A model generated the notes under the pieces. That model ran no database searches and was not told where the DNA came from. It was given only the letters and a program-made list of their open reading frames with translations. Positions 35,347-49,283 of a stretch of 64,000 nucleotides of DNA are shown here, one piece after another (the first letter of the stretch is position 1; every line of letters begins with the position of its first letter). The translations under genes and the position numbers were made by a program. The DNA comes from Octopus sinensis. Taxonomy: Eukaryota. The stretch lies in NCBI RefSeq assembly GCF_006345805.1, contig NC_043025.1:16306001-16370000 (forward strand), given 5' to 3'.

Positions 35347-35855
35347 TATATATATAAAACTGTAGTTGTGTGAGTGTCTGTCCCCTTCGATTTAGATTCC
35401 TAACTACTCCCACATTTTGCGGTGCAGTTTAACCAGATTCGGATAGCTTATAGTCGTGATTCATATCGAGCCCGTCTGGCTATTAGCGCGCGTCTACGCT
35501 GAGTCTACGATTTTAAAAATAATTAACATCATTTTTTATTCCATTTTAATGGCATAATTTTTCGTGTGTCGATGGCGGCGGAGTTGGCGTCCATGGTCAC
35601 AGCTGCACCTGTTTGCTTCTCCCCCTTCTTCCCTCCCTCGTGAAGCTGTGGGGAAGGAGTGTAAGGAATCAACGTCGTAAAGCGTTGTCAAGGAGACCAG
35701 CGTTCTTTTAGAACAACGACTTCATGGCTTGAAACACAACCAAAACAGAAATGGCTAAGAAAGCCCGAATTGGCATCTAATAGGGAAGTAACTCTAAAAA
35801 TGCTTATATAGTTATTTCCCTTACAAACCCGAGCAACGCCGGGCGATACTGCTAG
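35347..35855 (+). mobile_element. Non-autonomous Helitron
   Basis: 3' hairpin CCCGAGCAACGCCGGG followed by terminal CTAG|T. Confidence 0.75.
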
Positions 35856-35869
35856 TTATATATATATAC

Positions 35870-36880
35870 TGCTCCCAGTCCGCTCTCACTCACCTCACAT
35901 ATCATCAAAATATTTGAGAGAGTGTTGAGACCAAGAATAACAGCCTTTCTAGAGCAAAATCTCTCTATATATAAACGGCAGTTTGTCTGTGTGTGTTTCT
36001 GTGTGTCTGTCAGGTTGTATCCTCACCCTGACCACAGCTTTCAACCGATTCTGATGAAACTTGACACACACATAGCCCAATGTCATAATTCAAAACTAAC
36101 GCAGCGAAAATTTTGAAAAGTTCCCCCAGTTCTGAAAAAAATCGATAAATTCGACATGGGGTCGAGAATCAGAAACACAAACCACAGACTGTCTAGGGGA
36201 TGCAACTCGACCTTTTTAACTAAAAAAAATTTACCATCATTTTTTTTCCATTTTTTGGCTATAACTCCCTAAAAATGCTTTATAGTTATTTCCCTTACAA
36301 ACCCGAGCAACGCCGGGCGATACTGCTAGTCATCTTCTAAATTGCAATCAGCAAGGCTTTCGTGGTGGGAAGGACTATCTAACACAGCTCCTCCGCCACT
36401 TTGATGACATCTTAAATGCACGAAGCGTGGGCTCCAACGCGGGTGTCATATACCTTGATTTCAGCCAGGCCTTTGACAGAGCCGACCACAATATACTGTT
36501 ATATAAACTATCCTACGCTGGAGTCGGTGAAAAGATACTCGAGACCACTTATTTTTAATTAGTAATTTGGAATTCAAGTATACTGAAAACTTTATGACAC
36601 TTACCTAAAAAAATTTGTAAAATTGTTATATCTAACCAGTTCATGAAAGAGCCCTGTCTCGTTATAGAGATTTGTGTATTGACTTGACCCAAGTCCTACA
36701 TCACATTCTATTGACAATTGTATGAACAGCTGTTTATGGATTTTTGCTGTTCCACAACTGACCAGTATGTTTTCTCATTCCATTTATTACAGGGAACTGT
36801 GCTGGGTCCACTCCTTTTTATTGTCTCTATCAATGACAGTGCAGATTCCATTGAACATACTACCACCATTTCCAGGATTC
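35870..36880 (+). mobile_element. CR1/L2-type LINE RT fragments, interrupted by a Helitron
   Basis: RITAFLEQN|HLLNCNQQGFRGGK..LTQLL; VIYLDFSQAFDRADHNILL; QGTVLGPLLFIVSIND. Confidence 0.75.
35960..36329 (+). mobile_element. Non-autonomous Helitron inserted at A|T
   Basis: 5' TC, 3' hairpin + CTAG; removing it restores the CR1 reading EQNHLL. Confidence 0.85.
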
Positions 36881-37494
36881 AGCCCTAATTAAAAAAAAGA
36901 TACACATGGAGATACACATCCATACATATAGACACAGTACATAATCACAAAAACCTATACACATACACACACACACACAGACACACTCGGACATGCACAC
37001 ATAAGGAGACAGAGGTACACACACACACACACATGGAAAGATACATACACACACATACATATATATATACATACGCGCACACACATACATACATGCATAC
37101 ACACACTTACATGCATACATACATACATACATACATACATGTGTATGCACACACACACACACACACACTGACCCACACACATGCGCATAAGCAAACAAAA
37201 AGAATGCAGCTTGAATAACGGACAGAATCAACGACTATTGAAAAAGTTGCAAGACGCAACGAAAATTAAATAAGTAAATGAGTGGAAATCGAACCGGTGA
37301 GTGTGTTAAGTAATAAGGCACTAAAAGAGAATGACTCTCCCCAGATACAACAGTCTCTGAATACATTATTGGTAGAATTGTCAATCAGCACACAGCCTTT
37401 GCGTGCACACAGACACGAACACATACATACATACATACATACATACATACACACATACCACACACAACAATACATACATACATACATACATACA

Positions 37495-37529
<35 letters not shown>

Positions 37530-37530
<1 letters not shown>

Positions 37531-38040
37531 TTATGGCAGCCCCCTCGTTATCGAGTATGGCCATTGCACGAAGATTAACCATACTGGTGCTGTGATCGAA
37601 TGTGACTTTTTAGCCCAGCTAAAGATCTACAATGTCTGTACAAAATTAGCACTAAAACCTTTACTGGTATAGCGGCTGTAGTGTAACTGGGCTTCATGTA
37701 CCTTTGCATGTCGTTTAAGTCCTCCTCCGAATTACACTCTCTTCCACATGCCCAACAGATATGATTAGTAAGGTGTGTTACACCACCATCAGTGGCCAGG
37801 TTGTCACTCATCTGTCTCGTTTTATGACTACGAAGATGACTCTTGAGTCCAGCTTTACTGAGGCAGGTTCTTGCACAGACACTGCATGTCAGCATCATAA
37901 AAAGACCCTTCCCATCTGGAAGTGTTACAAGCGATGCCCTTCCTGACATCCCTCCTTACTTTCTCATGTGCAGCTCGAGATTTCCCAAACGTTGCTGTCC
38001 CCTCAATGCACAATCCTTCTCCACCTGCTACGATCAATAG
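37530..38040 (-). mobile_element. RTE-clade LINE 3' end; shorter copy at 31375-31630
   Basis: DRSRWRRIV; CSVCARTCLSKAGLKSHLRSH; second degenerate C2H2-like motif. Confidence 0.7.
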
Positions 38041-38072
<32 letters not shown>

Positions 38073-38136
38073 CATACATACATACACACATACATACATA
38101 GATACATACATGCATGCATGTATATATGTATACATG

Positions 38137-38173
<37 letters not shown>

Positions 38174-38486
38174 GTGTGTGTATGTGTGTGTGCGCATTAT
38201 TGACATCACAAGAATTCTACAAGCATTCGGGAGAACGTGAAATATTTCTACTTTAAAATAACAGCTCTTGAAGTACACAGAAAGCTATTAATAAACGTAT
38301 AAAAACGGTTTTTCAACCCAATATTTACATGCTATCGTTGATATCTTTATGTGTGGTGTCGAGAAACATCATTCCAATATATATAAACATGCATACATAT
38401 ATATACATATCATATACATGCACACATATACATACATATACATACATATACTATATATATATATAGATATATATATATATATATTA

Positions 38487-38540
<54 letters not shown>

Positions 38541-38541
<1 letters not shown>

Positions 38542-39070
38542 TTAATTAATCAATATAAGGTAGTCAAAAAATTCAAGAAAAATTTTCCGCCACCAGCGCT
38601 CAAGTGAGAAAGAAAAAATAGTCACAGACTATTTTTTCTTTCTCACTTGACCGTTGGTAGCGGAAAATTTTTCTTTAATTTTTTGCTACCCTTATATTGA
38701 TTAATTAATGATTTTTTGCCAAATTCTGAAATTGTATCGGCAGTTTATATTTGCTGCTGAGTAGATGGCGCGATGACGGTGGATTTTGAAAATTTAGAGT
38801 ATATAAACTCGAAGCTTCGCTGGTGTTGCCTCGTGGGTATATATTTTCCTTGGCTTCGTTGCTGATGAGACAGGCCAATTGTAAAAGGATTTAATTTAAT
38901 TTAATTGAATTGGTTTACATAAGTACGTCGAAACTATGCATAGTCCAAAGATGTAAAGGTTAAATGTTCTTATTTCTCCTTTAGTTTCAGAATTACTGCT
39001 ATTTAGCGATTGAGTTTCGCTGCTCTTTCAAGTGAGTCGAACGGCCTCTCAGGGCCATTCCTTAATATTG

Positions 39071-39075
<5 letters not shown>
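38541..39075 (+). mobile_element. Single diverged member of the ~490-bp hammerhead family, with inverted 5' end
   Basis: Colinear with the minus strand of the 11551 monomer; ends TTGTTGA|(AT)n; 38541-38710 is a fold-back. Confidence 0.8.
38856..38951 (+). ncRNA. Type I hammerhead ribozyme (covarying homologue of the array motif)
   Basis: TCGTTG-CTGATGA-GAC..(~55 nt)..GTC-GAAA-CTA-TGCA-TA-GTC-CAAAGA. Confidence 0.82.
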
Positions 39076-39123
<48 letters not shown>

Positions 39124-39373
39124 TATAGGTAAGCAGAGTTAGCGGTTGGAATAACCGTCTAAGTGATGAGAATATCCGTTCTTACTTCCGGTATCATTTA
39201 CCTATGTTGACCCTGGGCATGGATATGCAAGTACACTATGTTCATAGGATACAGGTAATAACAGAATAAACTAAAGTTTATGAGGAATCAAATTTAAATA
39301 ATCAGAAAAGGGAGTAAACTTTTGATCAACAAACAAATTGACCAACATCGGTTAATTTTTTAATACAAAACAT

Positions 39374-39485
39374 TTCTTACGGCCGTTTCGGCTGCCAATA
39401 TCAGTTGGTACATACGAAAGAAATTCCAAAAATGATATTCGTCATCTTCATATTCGATCTGGTACATGGAGCTTCATCAGAGTGA
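39374..39485 (-). ncRNA. Minimal hammerhead motif, weak stem I
   Basis: CT-CTGATGA-aGCT...AGCc-GAAAC-GGCC-GTA-AG; lies 3' of the Penelope RT remnant. Confidence 0.55.
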
Positions 39486-40112
39486 ATAAAATTCTTAAAA
39501 CAAAAGAAGGGAAGAGGGAAAAGGAAAGAACGGGGCCTCGAGATGAGGCCAGAAGGCTCAATATATTAGAATCATACCATTTTGCAGTGAAGCACGAAGT
39601 CGATAGAATTTTTTGCCTATCATGAGTGTATGTGCGCGTGTATACAGAAATAAAATAAAATATAATAAAATAAGATCGATAAAAAAGGGGGAAACAGGGG
39701 AAAAGGGGTAGGGTACATGATGTGAAAATAAAAAATTAATAAAAATTACAAAAAATAACAGATACAAGATAAAAAAATTAAATAATTAAAATTAAAGGAC
39801 TAAAAAGAAATTAATACAATTATAAAAAAAATTCATGCAATTATAAAGTTAAACAATTCGATGGAAAGAAAACGATAAAAAATCGAAAAAAGGGTAAAAG
39901 TGGAAAAAAGTGGGTATAAGAGAGGATAAAATAAGATAAAATAAATAAAAAGTTTTATTAAATCTCTGAACGGGATGTAAACAGTAACCGCTCGACAACG
40001 TAAAGTGCACTAGCCATCTCAATATGGCTAACCACAAAGGGTGGGTGTTACTGTAGCTTTTACTCCAGGAGATCATCGTCTCCAGCTGGCTTTAGGCACA
40101 CTATCTGTGCCC

Positions 40113-41830
40113 TTATGGTATTTGCAAAGGGAGGCCATCCCTTTCTCGTAAGCCTAAGTGATACGCACCGGATCGCAGTTTCGAGGTTGTGTTGAGTCCG
40201 AAAGGAATTTGTGTTTGTAGACTGAAAATGTAACGCTGTTCCAGGCGGAGTCGGGAGTTTGTGGATCGGTGGTGCAGGGCGAGGCCAAACACGGAGATAT
40301 TAGAGGTGAAGAGGTTGGCCCGGGCGGAAATGACGGGCAACGGGGGTGTTCGTGCGTAGCCGAACATCTCTAGCTGGAGACGACGACGAAGGGGTAGGGT
40401 GGAGGGGTGGAAAGGGGTGCGGTTAGGGGATTTGTGCGGGGAAAGCGAGAGGGTCGAGGTGCGATCGATTAGACGACGCGGGCAAGGTACTAGGTTTCGA
40501 AATCCTTGTCCCGGCTGCACAAGCGTAGGAGGAAGAGGAACCGAGAGTAGGGGATGGCTCATTTGGTGTTAGAGGGGTGGGAGGAGGAAAAGTTGAGGGA
40601 GAGGTAACAATCTATGGGTTTGTAGAAAGCGGAGGTGGTGAGAGAGTGGAAGGGGAGGTTAATGGTAAGAGAGTTAACCGAGGTGTTAGAGATGGTAGAG
40701 GTAAATTGGAGATAGGGATGGATGTTAGAGAGGAAAGAGATGAAGTGGCAGAGTTGTTGGCGGGAGAGGGTGGTGGCACCTATGCAGTCGTCTATGTAGC
40801 GGCCGTATGGCTCTGGGGTCGGTCTGGGGAATTGGGAGAATACTAGGACCTCGATGTGACCAACAAATAAGTTGGCGAAATTGGCATCCATTCTCGTTGC
40901 CATAACGACCCCGGATATTCGCCGGTAGATCTCTTCGGCGAACGTAAAGCATTTGAAAGTGAGGGCGAGCTCTGCCAGACGAAGAAAGGTGGAGGTTCTG
41001 GGTGTAGAGTGAGGGCGACGGTCGAGGGCTAAGAGACCGTCGTTGTGGGGAATCACCGTGTATAGGGATTTACTGTCCAAGTTGAAAGGGGATATGAGGG
41101 GCCGGGAGAGAAGGAAAAGGAATTGAAAAGGCGAAGGGCGTGATTGGTGTCATATATATAGATGGGAGGGCAGCAACTAAGGAGGCGAGGATGCGGTCAA
41201 AGCATTTAGAGATGAGTTCTGTGGCACAATTGCGAGCGGAAACAACGGGGCAGCCAGAGTTGTCGGGTTTATGTATTTTGAGAAGGAAATAGAATGTGGA
41301 CGATGAAGTTGGTGGTGGTGGGGGGGAGCAGAAGAGGAGACGAGGTCATGGATGGTGGAGGACACGCGCTGTTGGTAGGAGGGGTGGGGTAGGAGGGGGT
41401 GGGGTCGAAGGGGAGAAGCCGATAGAAGAGGGAGTTTCGAAGCCGGCTGAGCGCTTCCTCCCTGTATAGGTCCGCGCGTCACACCACCACTGCTCCACCT
41501 TTGTCTTCTGGCTTGACGACAATGTTGTTGCGGCGAGGGAGGTCGCGAAGGGCGATCGATTCAGCCCGGGTGATGTTGGCCCGGAGGGATCGGTCGACCA
41601 GCGCATTGCAGTCGTGCACGGAACTGGCTTGGAGGCGGCGTCTAGTCGGATGGGTCGCGCCCCAGCACCGAGGGGCAATCCCGATTGTCGTGACGATGTG
41701 TACACGTGTGGAAAAACGTGCGCAGTTTTTCAATGATCGTCGAAGGACAAGGCTGCGGAAACACGAGGGTAGGTGTATGTTCCTGATCATGTTGGGAATT
41801 ATGTCTTTTTTTTTAGGCAGCGTTTAAGAA
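40113..41830 (-). mobile_element. Penelope-like retroelement RT remnant
   Basis: IVVKPEDKGGAVVV; DSKSLYTVIPHNDGL; GVVMATRM.ANFANLFVGHIE; YGRYIDDC; EQRYIFSLQT..PFGLN. Confidence 0.85.
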
Positions 41831-42224
41831 TTTGGCATCCGATTTTAGCACCTAAAATCGGATTTCGCAGCCTAGCCCTTCGACGATCACTGAAAGAGAG
41901 CAAAAAGTAGAGGGGAAAAGGAAGCTGCACGTATAATACGTAACTTAGAAGCAGCGCTACGGATGTACCAACACACACGAGATTGATACATGGCCGACCC
42001 CACACACTTCTCATGAGGAATTCCGGAAGGAGCATCGTGGGACCACTGCTGAGACGCAAAAAAAAAAAGGAAAGAAAAGTCGTTGGAAAACCGATTATAG
42101 CAGCGACTCCATCTAAGAATATCTGATGAAGGAATATTATACCGAAATATAAATAATATAATGTATGTATGTATGTATATATATATGTATATATATATAT
42201 TATATAATATATATATATTAATAT

Positions 42225-42270
<46 letters not shown>

Positions 42271-42317
42271 ATATGCATATATATATATATGTATATATAT
42301 ATCTATATATATATATC

Positions 42318-42349
<32 letters not shown>

Positions 42350-42559
42350 CTATATATATATATATATATATATGCATATATATATATATATATATATTAT
42401 ATATGCATATACTATGGATGACTATGGATGACTAAATTACACCAGTTCTTTTATTAGTCCGTTGTCTGTAATATAGTGCATTGTTGAACCATTCAAATCT
42501 TTTTATTCTTTACAAATAATACACAATGCTTCAAGCGAACTACAATACTCTCCATATAT

Positions 42560-42830
42560 GTGGTTAGAGCAGCGGACTCGCAGTCGTAGGATCGCGGTTT
42601 CGATTCCCAGACCGGGCGTTGTGTGTGTTTATTGAGCGAAAACATCTAAAAGCTCCACGAGGCTCCGGCAGGGGTAGGTGATCCCTGCTGTACTCTTTCA
42701 CCACTCTCTCTCTCTTCTGTTGGCCTGCTCGCTTAGCCAGCGGGTTGGCGCCGTTCGAAGGCTAAAACAATGCGAACGCATTGTGACCAGCGATGTGTAG
42801 CAACAACTCATGGTCTGGTCTGTCACGTGA
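42560..42830 (+). mobile_element. tRNA-derived SINE
   Basis: GTGGTTAGAGCAGCGGACT...GGTTTCGATTCCC B box. Confidence 0.65.
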
Positions 42831-43359
42831 TCACGTGATATATATATATATATATACACGAGCAAAACGCCCCCTCTCAAAACAACTGGTCCAACTGTCC
42901 CATAGGCCACCCCTTTAAGAAACATTGATTTAACCTAAATTTGAGACACCAGCAAAAGAAGAAATAAAGATAGACTTATTTTCTATTCTAAAGAAAAACG
43001 ATTTTATTCACACAAATATGCAACCGAAGAGTTTAAAGTACCAGTAATGATAAGGCTGTTGACTGGGAGAACACAAACATGGTTTAAACAGTAAGCTTGG
43101 CAGGAAAGAAACGTGTCTTTAAGCAGTACAAAAACATCAAAAAATGGAAGGTGCAGTTATGTACAGGTTGACGGAAGAAAAGCAGGACAAAAACGGCTTT
43201 ATTGATCACATTCTCACCTGGAATCGATTTCTGTCATTTTTTCAAGACTTTTACACGCCCTGATACCGTCGGTATCTACATATCAAATTTGAGCGCAATC
43301 GGATGGAGGATGCCCGAGATGCTGGAAGACACACAGACAGACGGAACGGATTTTATATA

Positions 43360-43405
<46 letters not shown>

Positions 43406-43679
43406 CACATACACGAGAGAGAATCTTTGCGTCTGTGCTTTTCCCCATTACACCCAGCTGACAACCGATGTTGGTGCGTTTACGTCCCGGTTCGGCCCGA
43501 GAGACCGATAGAATAAGTAATAAGCTTTAAAAAGAAGTCCTGGGATCGATCCATTCGACTAAGAATTCTTAAAGATGGTACCCCAGCATGGCCGCAGTCA
43601 AATGACTGGAACAAGTAATAGAATGAATGTGAAAGATGGTACAATCCTCCATTTTTATTTAAATTTCTCCAATCCACAA

Positions 43680-44035
43680 GAGAGGGGGTACATTAGATGG
43701 TGTAGTCCTCGGTACACTATGTTTTGATAAAAGACATGAAGATCACGGTTTGAATAGCTTCGATCAAAGGACTGACCAGGGACGAAACACAACATCAATA
43801 ACAAGTGAGGATACATTAGATAATGTAGTCCTTGGTATACTATGCCTGAAAATAAGACAAGATAGTTACGTGTGGAACATCTTCGATTATAAGTCTGCTG
43901 GATCAAGGCTGACAAGGAAGGACACATTAGATAATGTAGTCCTTGGTACACTGTGCCTGAATAAAAGACAGACTGGTCTAAGCTGGAACGTCTTTGATCA
44001 TAAGTGTGCTGCATCAGGACCGACCTGGGGCTAAA
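43680..44035. repeat. Diverged ~115-bp tandem repeat, 3 copies
   Basis: ACATTAGAT(aa/gg)TGTAGTCCT at ~43690, 43813 and 43924. Confidence 0.75.
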
Positions 44036-44291
44036 CAACAACAACAGCAGCAGCAACAACTACAACAACAAACTAATAAAGAGAGATTATCAGCTTAATG
44101 ATACACACATACACGTGCACACAGCGGACACACATTCCACATTCGCTTTCATTTGCCATTTAATCGTATGAAATCTTTTGATCTGTGGACATTATGAAGA
44201 CAATTGCAAACGCAGCAGGGAGGACGGAGTGTATGTATATGCGTGTATATTTGTATGCATACATATACATACATACATACATACATACATA

Positions 44292-44367
<76 letters not shown>

Positions 44368-44712
44368 TACATATACATACATACTATATATATATATATG
44401 CATACATACATACGTAAAGAGCTAGAACGAAAGTTAATTAATCTGAATGAATCCTCAGGTTTTTAATTATACGTACGTTTGTACATACATATACATACGT
44501 GCATATTCGTATGTATGTATACATTTATATACAATATCTACATGTATATATACATACATATGTGCATATGTATACTTACATATATGCACAGATATGTATG
44601 TGTATATACTTATATACATACATATAAATGTGTATATGTACATAAATATACATATATGTATGATATATATATTTCTCTATGTATGTGTGTGTGTGTGTGT
44701 GTGTGTAGTGAA

Positions 44713-45000
44713 GGCGCGTGGCTTAGCGGTTAGGGCATTCGATCGAGAGTTCAATTCCCAGCGACGCGTTGTGTCCTTGAGCAAGACACTTTATTTCACA
44801 TTGCTCCAGTCCACTCGGCTGGCAAAAATGTGTAGTACCTGTATTTCAAAGGGACCAGCCTTATTACACTTTGTGTCACGCTGAACATCCCCGAGAACTA
44901 CGTTAAGGGTACACATGTGTGTGGTGTGCTCAGCCGAGCAAGCTGTTCCGTTGACCATATCACCTGGGACTCTCGTCGTCTTAACTGACTGGCTGCGCCT
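44713..45000 (+). mobile_element. tRNA-derived SINE, family B-like; another copy at 58500-58738 (-)
   Basis: GGCGCGTGGCTTAGCGGTTAGGG head; TTGTGTCCTTGAGCAAGACACTT. Confidence 0.75.
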
Positions 45001-45039
45001 CTTATATATCTATATATATAAACACACAGACTCACACTC

Positions 45040-46660
45040 ATACCTAAACTTCTCTTCCTCCCACCCCAAACACACCAAGCTTTCCATCCCCTATTCCCAA
45101 TTCCTCCGTCTACGACCATGACTTTGAGACTCAGTCTCAACTCATGGCTCGCCACTTCATCCTACGTGGATACCCCCTCACCACTATCCACACCGCCCTT
45201 GCCAGAGCACGTTCCGTAGACCGTGCATTTGCTCTCTCCCCCCGAACCCGCCCTGCAGTCTCTCGCCTCCCTTTTCTCCTCACTTACCACCCCACCACGC
45301 TACCTCTCCAACGCGCCATTCTTCGAGCTTTCCGGCATCTCCAGTCCGACCCGTTCACTTCACACCTCTTCCCTAACCGACTCCTCCCCTCCTTCAAACG
45401 AGTCCATAACCTACGAGACCTCTTGGTCCACAGCTTCTTCCCTGACCCTACCTCCCAACCTGGCTCGTTCCCCTGCTCCCGCTCACGCTGCCGCACTTGC
45501 CCTTGCCTCTCCAACACCACTCTCCTCACCAGCACCCATCATCGACCCTATCGCATCATCGACTCCTTCACCTGCACCTCCAGCAATACAGTCTATTGCA
45601 TCTCCTGCTCTCTCTGTACATCGGACAAACGGGACGCCGCTTGGCTGACCGGTTCGCAGAACACCTCCGAGACATCCGCCTCGCCAATGACACTCCAGTC
45701 TCACGCCATTTCCGCTCAACAGGTCACTCCTTGCAACACCTGCCTGTGTTCGAATTGTCCTTGCACAGAGGCCATCCGGATTCCCGCTTGCGCCGTGAAC
45801 AGGGATTAATCTTTTCTCTTTGCTCTTTTACGCCATTTGGGCTCAACTCTCCCCCCTTTTCATCTAACCTCCTCCCCGACTCCTACTTCTCTTCACTCCT
45901 ACATCTTTTCACCCCTACTCTCTTTCCCTCTTCTTCCCTCTTCTCCCTCTTCTTCCCTCTATCCCTTCTTCCCTCTTCTCCCCTACTCGCTTCTCCGTTC
46001 TCTCTTTCTCTCTGTTCCTCACTCCCCTTCTCTCCCATCTCCCCCTCCTCCTCTCCCCCTTTCATCCTCCCCACTCCTTCTCCTCCTCCCCATCTCTTCT
46101 CCCCTCCCTCTCCCCTCCCCGCCCCCTCTTCTCTCCTTCTCTCCTCTCTCTCCTCACAAACTCACCTTCCCCTCCCCCATAAACCCACCCACCCACCCTA
46201 CTCCACCTTCCCTATCCTTCCCACCCCTCCCCTCCCCCACATAACCTCACCTCTCGCCTCCTCCACCTCCCCACAACATCACACCACACTACACTACACC
46301 CTAAAACATCACACTCCTCCCTCACCTCCCCACATCTCCACACCCACACACGTCCACACCACCAGCCCTCTTTCAGACGCACATATATACTCTCTTATAC
46401 ACCCACGCACCTTTGTGTTGGGGGCTCCTTCGTACTGGAAGTCACTTGACCCTGTTATCTCCCCTACTGTCCCTCTTGCGTCTGACCATTCTGTCAGACA
46501 GCTACTACACGCAGTTTTTTCTCTCCTTGTTTTTTTCTGTTGAAGAGCGTAGGCTCGAAACGTAAAAGACTTTTTCTATTCCTGAGCGTTATACTAATAC
46601 AATTGTTTGTTTGTACACCACCTGTCTTCGTCTTTTGTTTATTTTCGTAAACTTTCCCTT
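45040..46660 (+). mobile_element. Penelope-like element 3' half: GIY-YIG, pyrimidine-rich UTR and terminal repeat with degenerate hammerhead
   Basis: CSRSRCRTC; CTSSNTVYCISC; YIGQTGRRLADRFAEH; PFGLN; GAGC-gtag-GCTC-GAAACGTA at ~46545-46564. The same terminal repeat is inverted at 15038-15250. Confidence 0.85.
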
Positions 46661-46683
46661 TATATATATATATATATATATAT

Positions 46684-47000
46684 TTGAGAAAGGAGAAGGT
46701 GCGAAGGCGAGCAGGAATGAGAGAAAAACTAACAACCAAAATGAATAGACGAATGTTGAGGTGGTTTGACCACATGGAGAGGATGGATGAGGAGTGGATG
46801 GTAAGGAGGGTGATGAAGGTAAAAGTGGTAGGCAGCAGATCCAAAGGCAGACCTCGGTTTGTGTGGATGGATGGATGGATGGACGGATGGAGGAAAGCTT
46901 TGGTGGTCAAAGGTGTTGGAGTGAGGGAGGCAAGAGAGTTTATAAATGATAGGAATGTTTGGAGAGTGATTGTGGACGGATGAGTGAATTTGATGTTGCT
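46684..47000 (+). mobile_element. RTE-type LINE 3' fragment
   Basis: LRWFDHMERMDEE...GRPRFVWMDG...DRNVWR. Confidence 0.75.
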
Positions 47001-47279
47001 CAAAGGAGTTCGGAACCAGAATGATGTGGCGGGGATAAACCAGCATATGCTGTCTGGCCCCGCTGCTGATATTGAGCAGAGAAGGGGCTCGTCCCTTGGA
47101 GCTAGGAAATGCCTGGTGTGTGTTTTGTTATGGCTACCATCTCAAGAAAAAAATGATGAATAGGCCTGGTTATATAAACAAAAATATAAAATATACATAT
47201 ACACGTACATAACATACACAGGGTAGATGGACGCCCACACCCGTGTAGACACGCATACAAACACAAACCTATCTATCTG

Positions 47280-47392
<113 letters not shown>

Positions 47393-47393
47393 C

Positions 47394-47521
<128 letters not shown>

Positions 47522-47532
47522 CATATAATACA

Positions 47533-47730
47533 TATAATCAAAATAAGCAACAAGAATGACTCCGGTAATTTGGTACAATTGTGCGAAACGATCGTACCAA
47601 TTTACCGGAGTCATTCTTGTTGCTTATTTTGATTATAATCACCCCACGGATTTTTATGGATAACACCATACAAATTCTGGTGTATCTAAGTTAAGTACCA
47701 TTTTCATCGAATCTAAATTTTTGCTGAACC
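47533..47730 (+). repeat. Truncated fold-back copy of the 1640-1860 hammerhead element
   Basis: Retains GCGAAACGATCGTACCAA; 47533-47576 is inverted at 47594-47637. Confidence 0.75.
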
Positions 47731-47764
47731 TATATATACATAATATACATACATACATACTTAT

Positions 47765-47822
<58 letters not shown>

Positions 47823-48419
47823 GAAATAAAACATATGCATATATATAAAATATATGTACGTACCTACCTCTACATGTACATATACACGCATATATGAGTA
47901 CAGGACACCAAGGGGACGTCGAACAATAGAGAAACGAAAACATAGACACAAACCAAAGGAACAGGACATATTTTTAAAAACAACAAAAAATGGAGTACAG
48001 GACAGTTACACACAACGAAAAAAACCCCTTCTTCATTCGTCGCTAAGCTTTCATCTACTCTAACGTTTTCGAAGGATAAAAGCGAGACGTATCTTCGACA
48101 AGAAACTTCCTTCCTGCGAAAAGCAAATCAATTAAAATCTGAGATCTTTTCGCAGAGGGGTAAAAATGGTAAAAAAAACGAGACAGGAACGACAGTACAA
48201 AAAAAATATAAACAGTAAAAAAATATATATGTAAACAGTAAAAAAATATATATAACAGTAAAAACAGGACAGGGAGAACAAGATAAGAAGGGCTGTTGAC
48301 GCCGAACGAAAAAAGTATTGCAAACGCTGAATTTTTTGTGAACGACGAGAGAGCAGGAAAAGTCGTCCAGTAGCCTTAAAAGGCGGGCGAGAAAGACCGT
48401 TAGCAGTTACGGCGGAAGT

Positions 48420-48667
48420 ATTTCTTTACTACCCACAAGGGGCTAAACACAGAGGGGACAAACAAGGACAGACAAAGGGATTAAGTCGACTACATCGACC
48501 CCAGTGCGTAACTGGTACTTAATTTATCGACCCCGAAAAGATGAAAGGCAAAGTCGACCTCGGCGGAATTTGAACTCGGAACGTAACGACAGACGAAATA
48601 CGGCTACGAATTTCGCCCGGTGTGCTAACGTTTCTACCAGCTCACCGCTTTTTCTACCAGCTCGCCT
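48420..48667 (-). mobile_element. SINE family C; another partial copy at 62980-63170 (+)
   Basis: Reverse complement of the 9303 family. Confidence 0.85.
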
Positions 48668-48692
48668 TATATATATATATATATGTGTGTGT

Positions 48693-48742
<50 letters not shown>

Positions 48743-49039
48743 CGGGTGTGCGCGTGCGAATGGCCGGGTACACATACGCGTAAATCAATGTATACAAACG
48801 GGTGCGCACGAATGAACTTATGATTGTTTGTGTCTGTCTGTGCTTCTATTGGTAGCCACGTGGTCAATCGGCCTGAATCCGACCCAGCCGTCACGCCTGG
48901 CTGCCATAGCCAACATAAATCAAAACTTACACACCCTCCATCCACCCCCCATCCATATACACTAGATTCTTTATATTTTTTATTTCCTTTTATCCAATGA
49001 ATCGATCCCAATCGATTTATTTATTTTTAAGCCTAATAC

Positions 49040-49096
49040 TCTTTCTGCCATTGGGTGTCAAGCGGTGACGAGGAGACAAACGCAGGCACGAAGACG

Positions 49097-49136
<40 letters not shown>

Positions 49137-49283
49137 AACGACGGGCTTCTTTCAGTTTCCGTCTACCAAATCCACTCACAAGACTATAGTAGAAGACACT
49201 TGCCCAAGGAGTCACGCAGTAAGACTGAACCCGGAACCATGTGGTTGGGAAGCGAGCTTCTAACCACACAGCCACTCCTGCAC
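49040..49283 (-). mobile_element. SINE family A, 5' part
   Basis: CACACAGCCACTCCTGC head on the minus strand. Confidence 0.8.

Noticed and set aside
45870-46543. Pro/Ser/Leu-rich extension of the 348-aa ORF
   Set aside because: Pyrimidine-rich 3' UTR of the Penelope element; only the GIY-YIG portion is protein-like.
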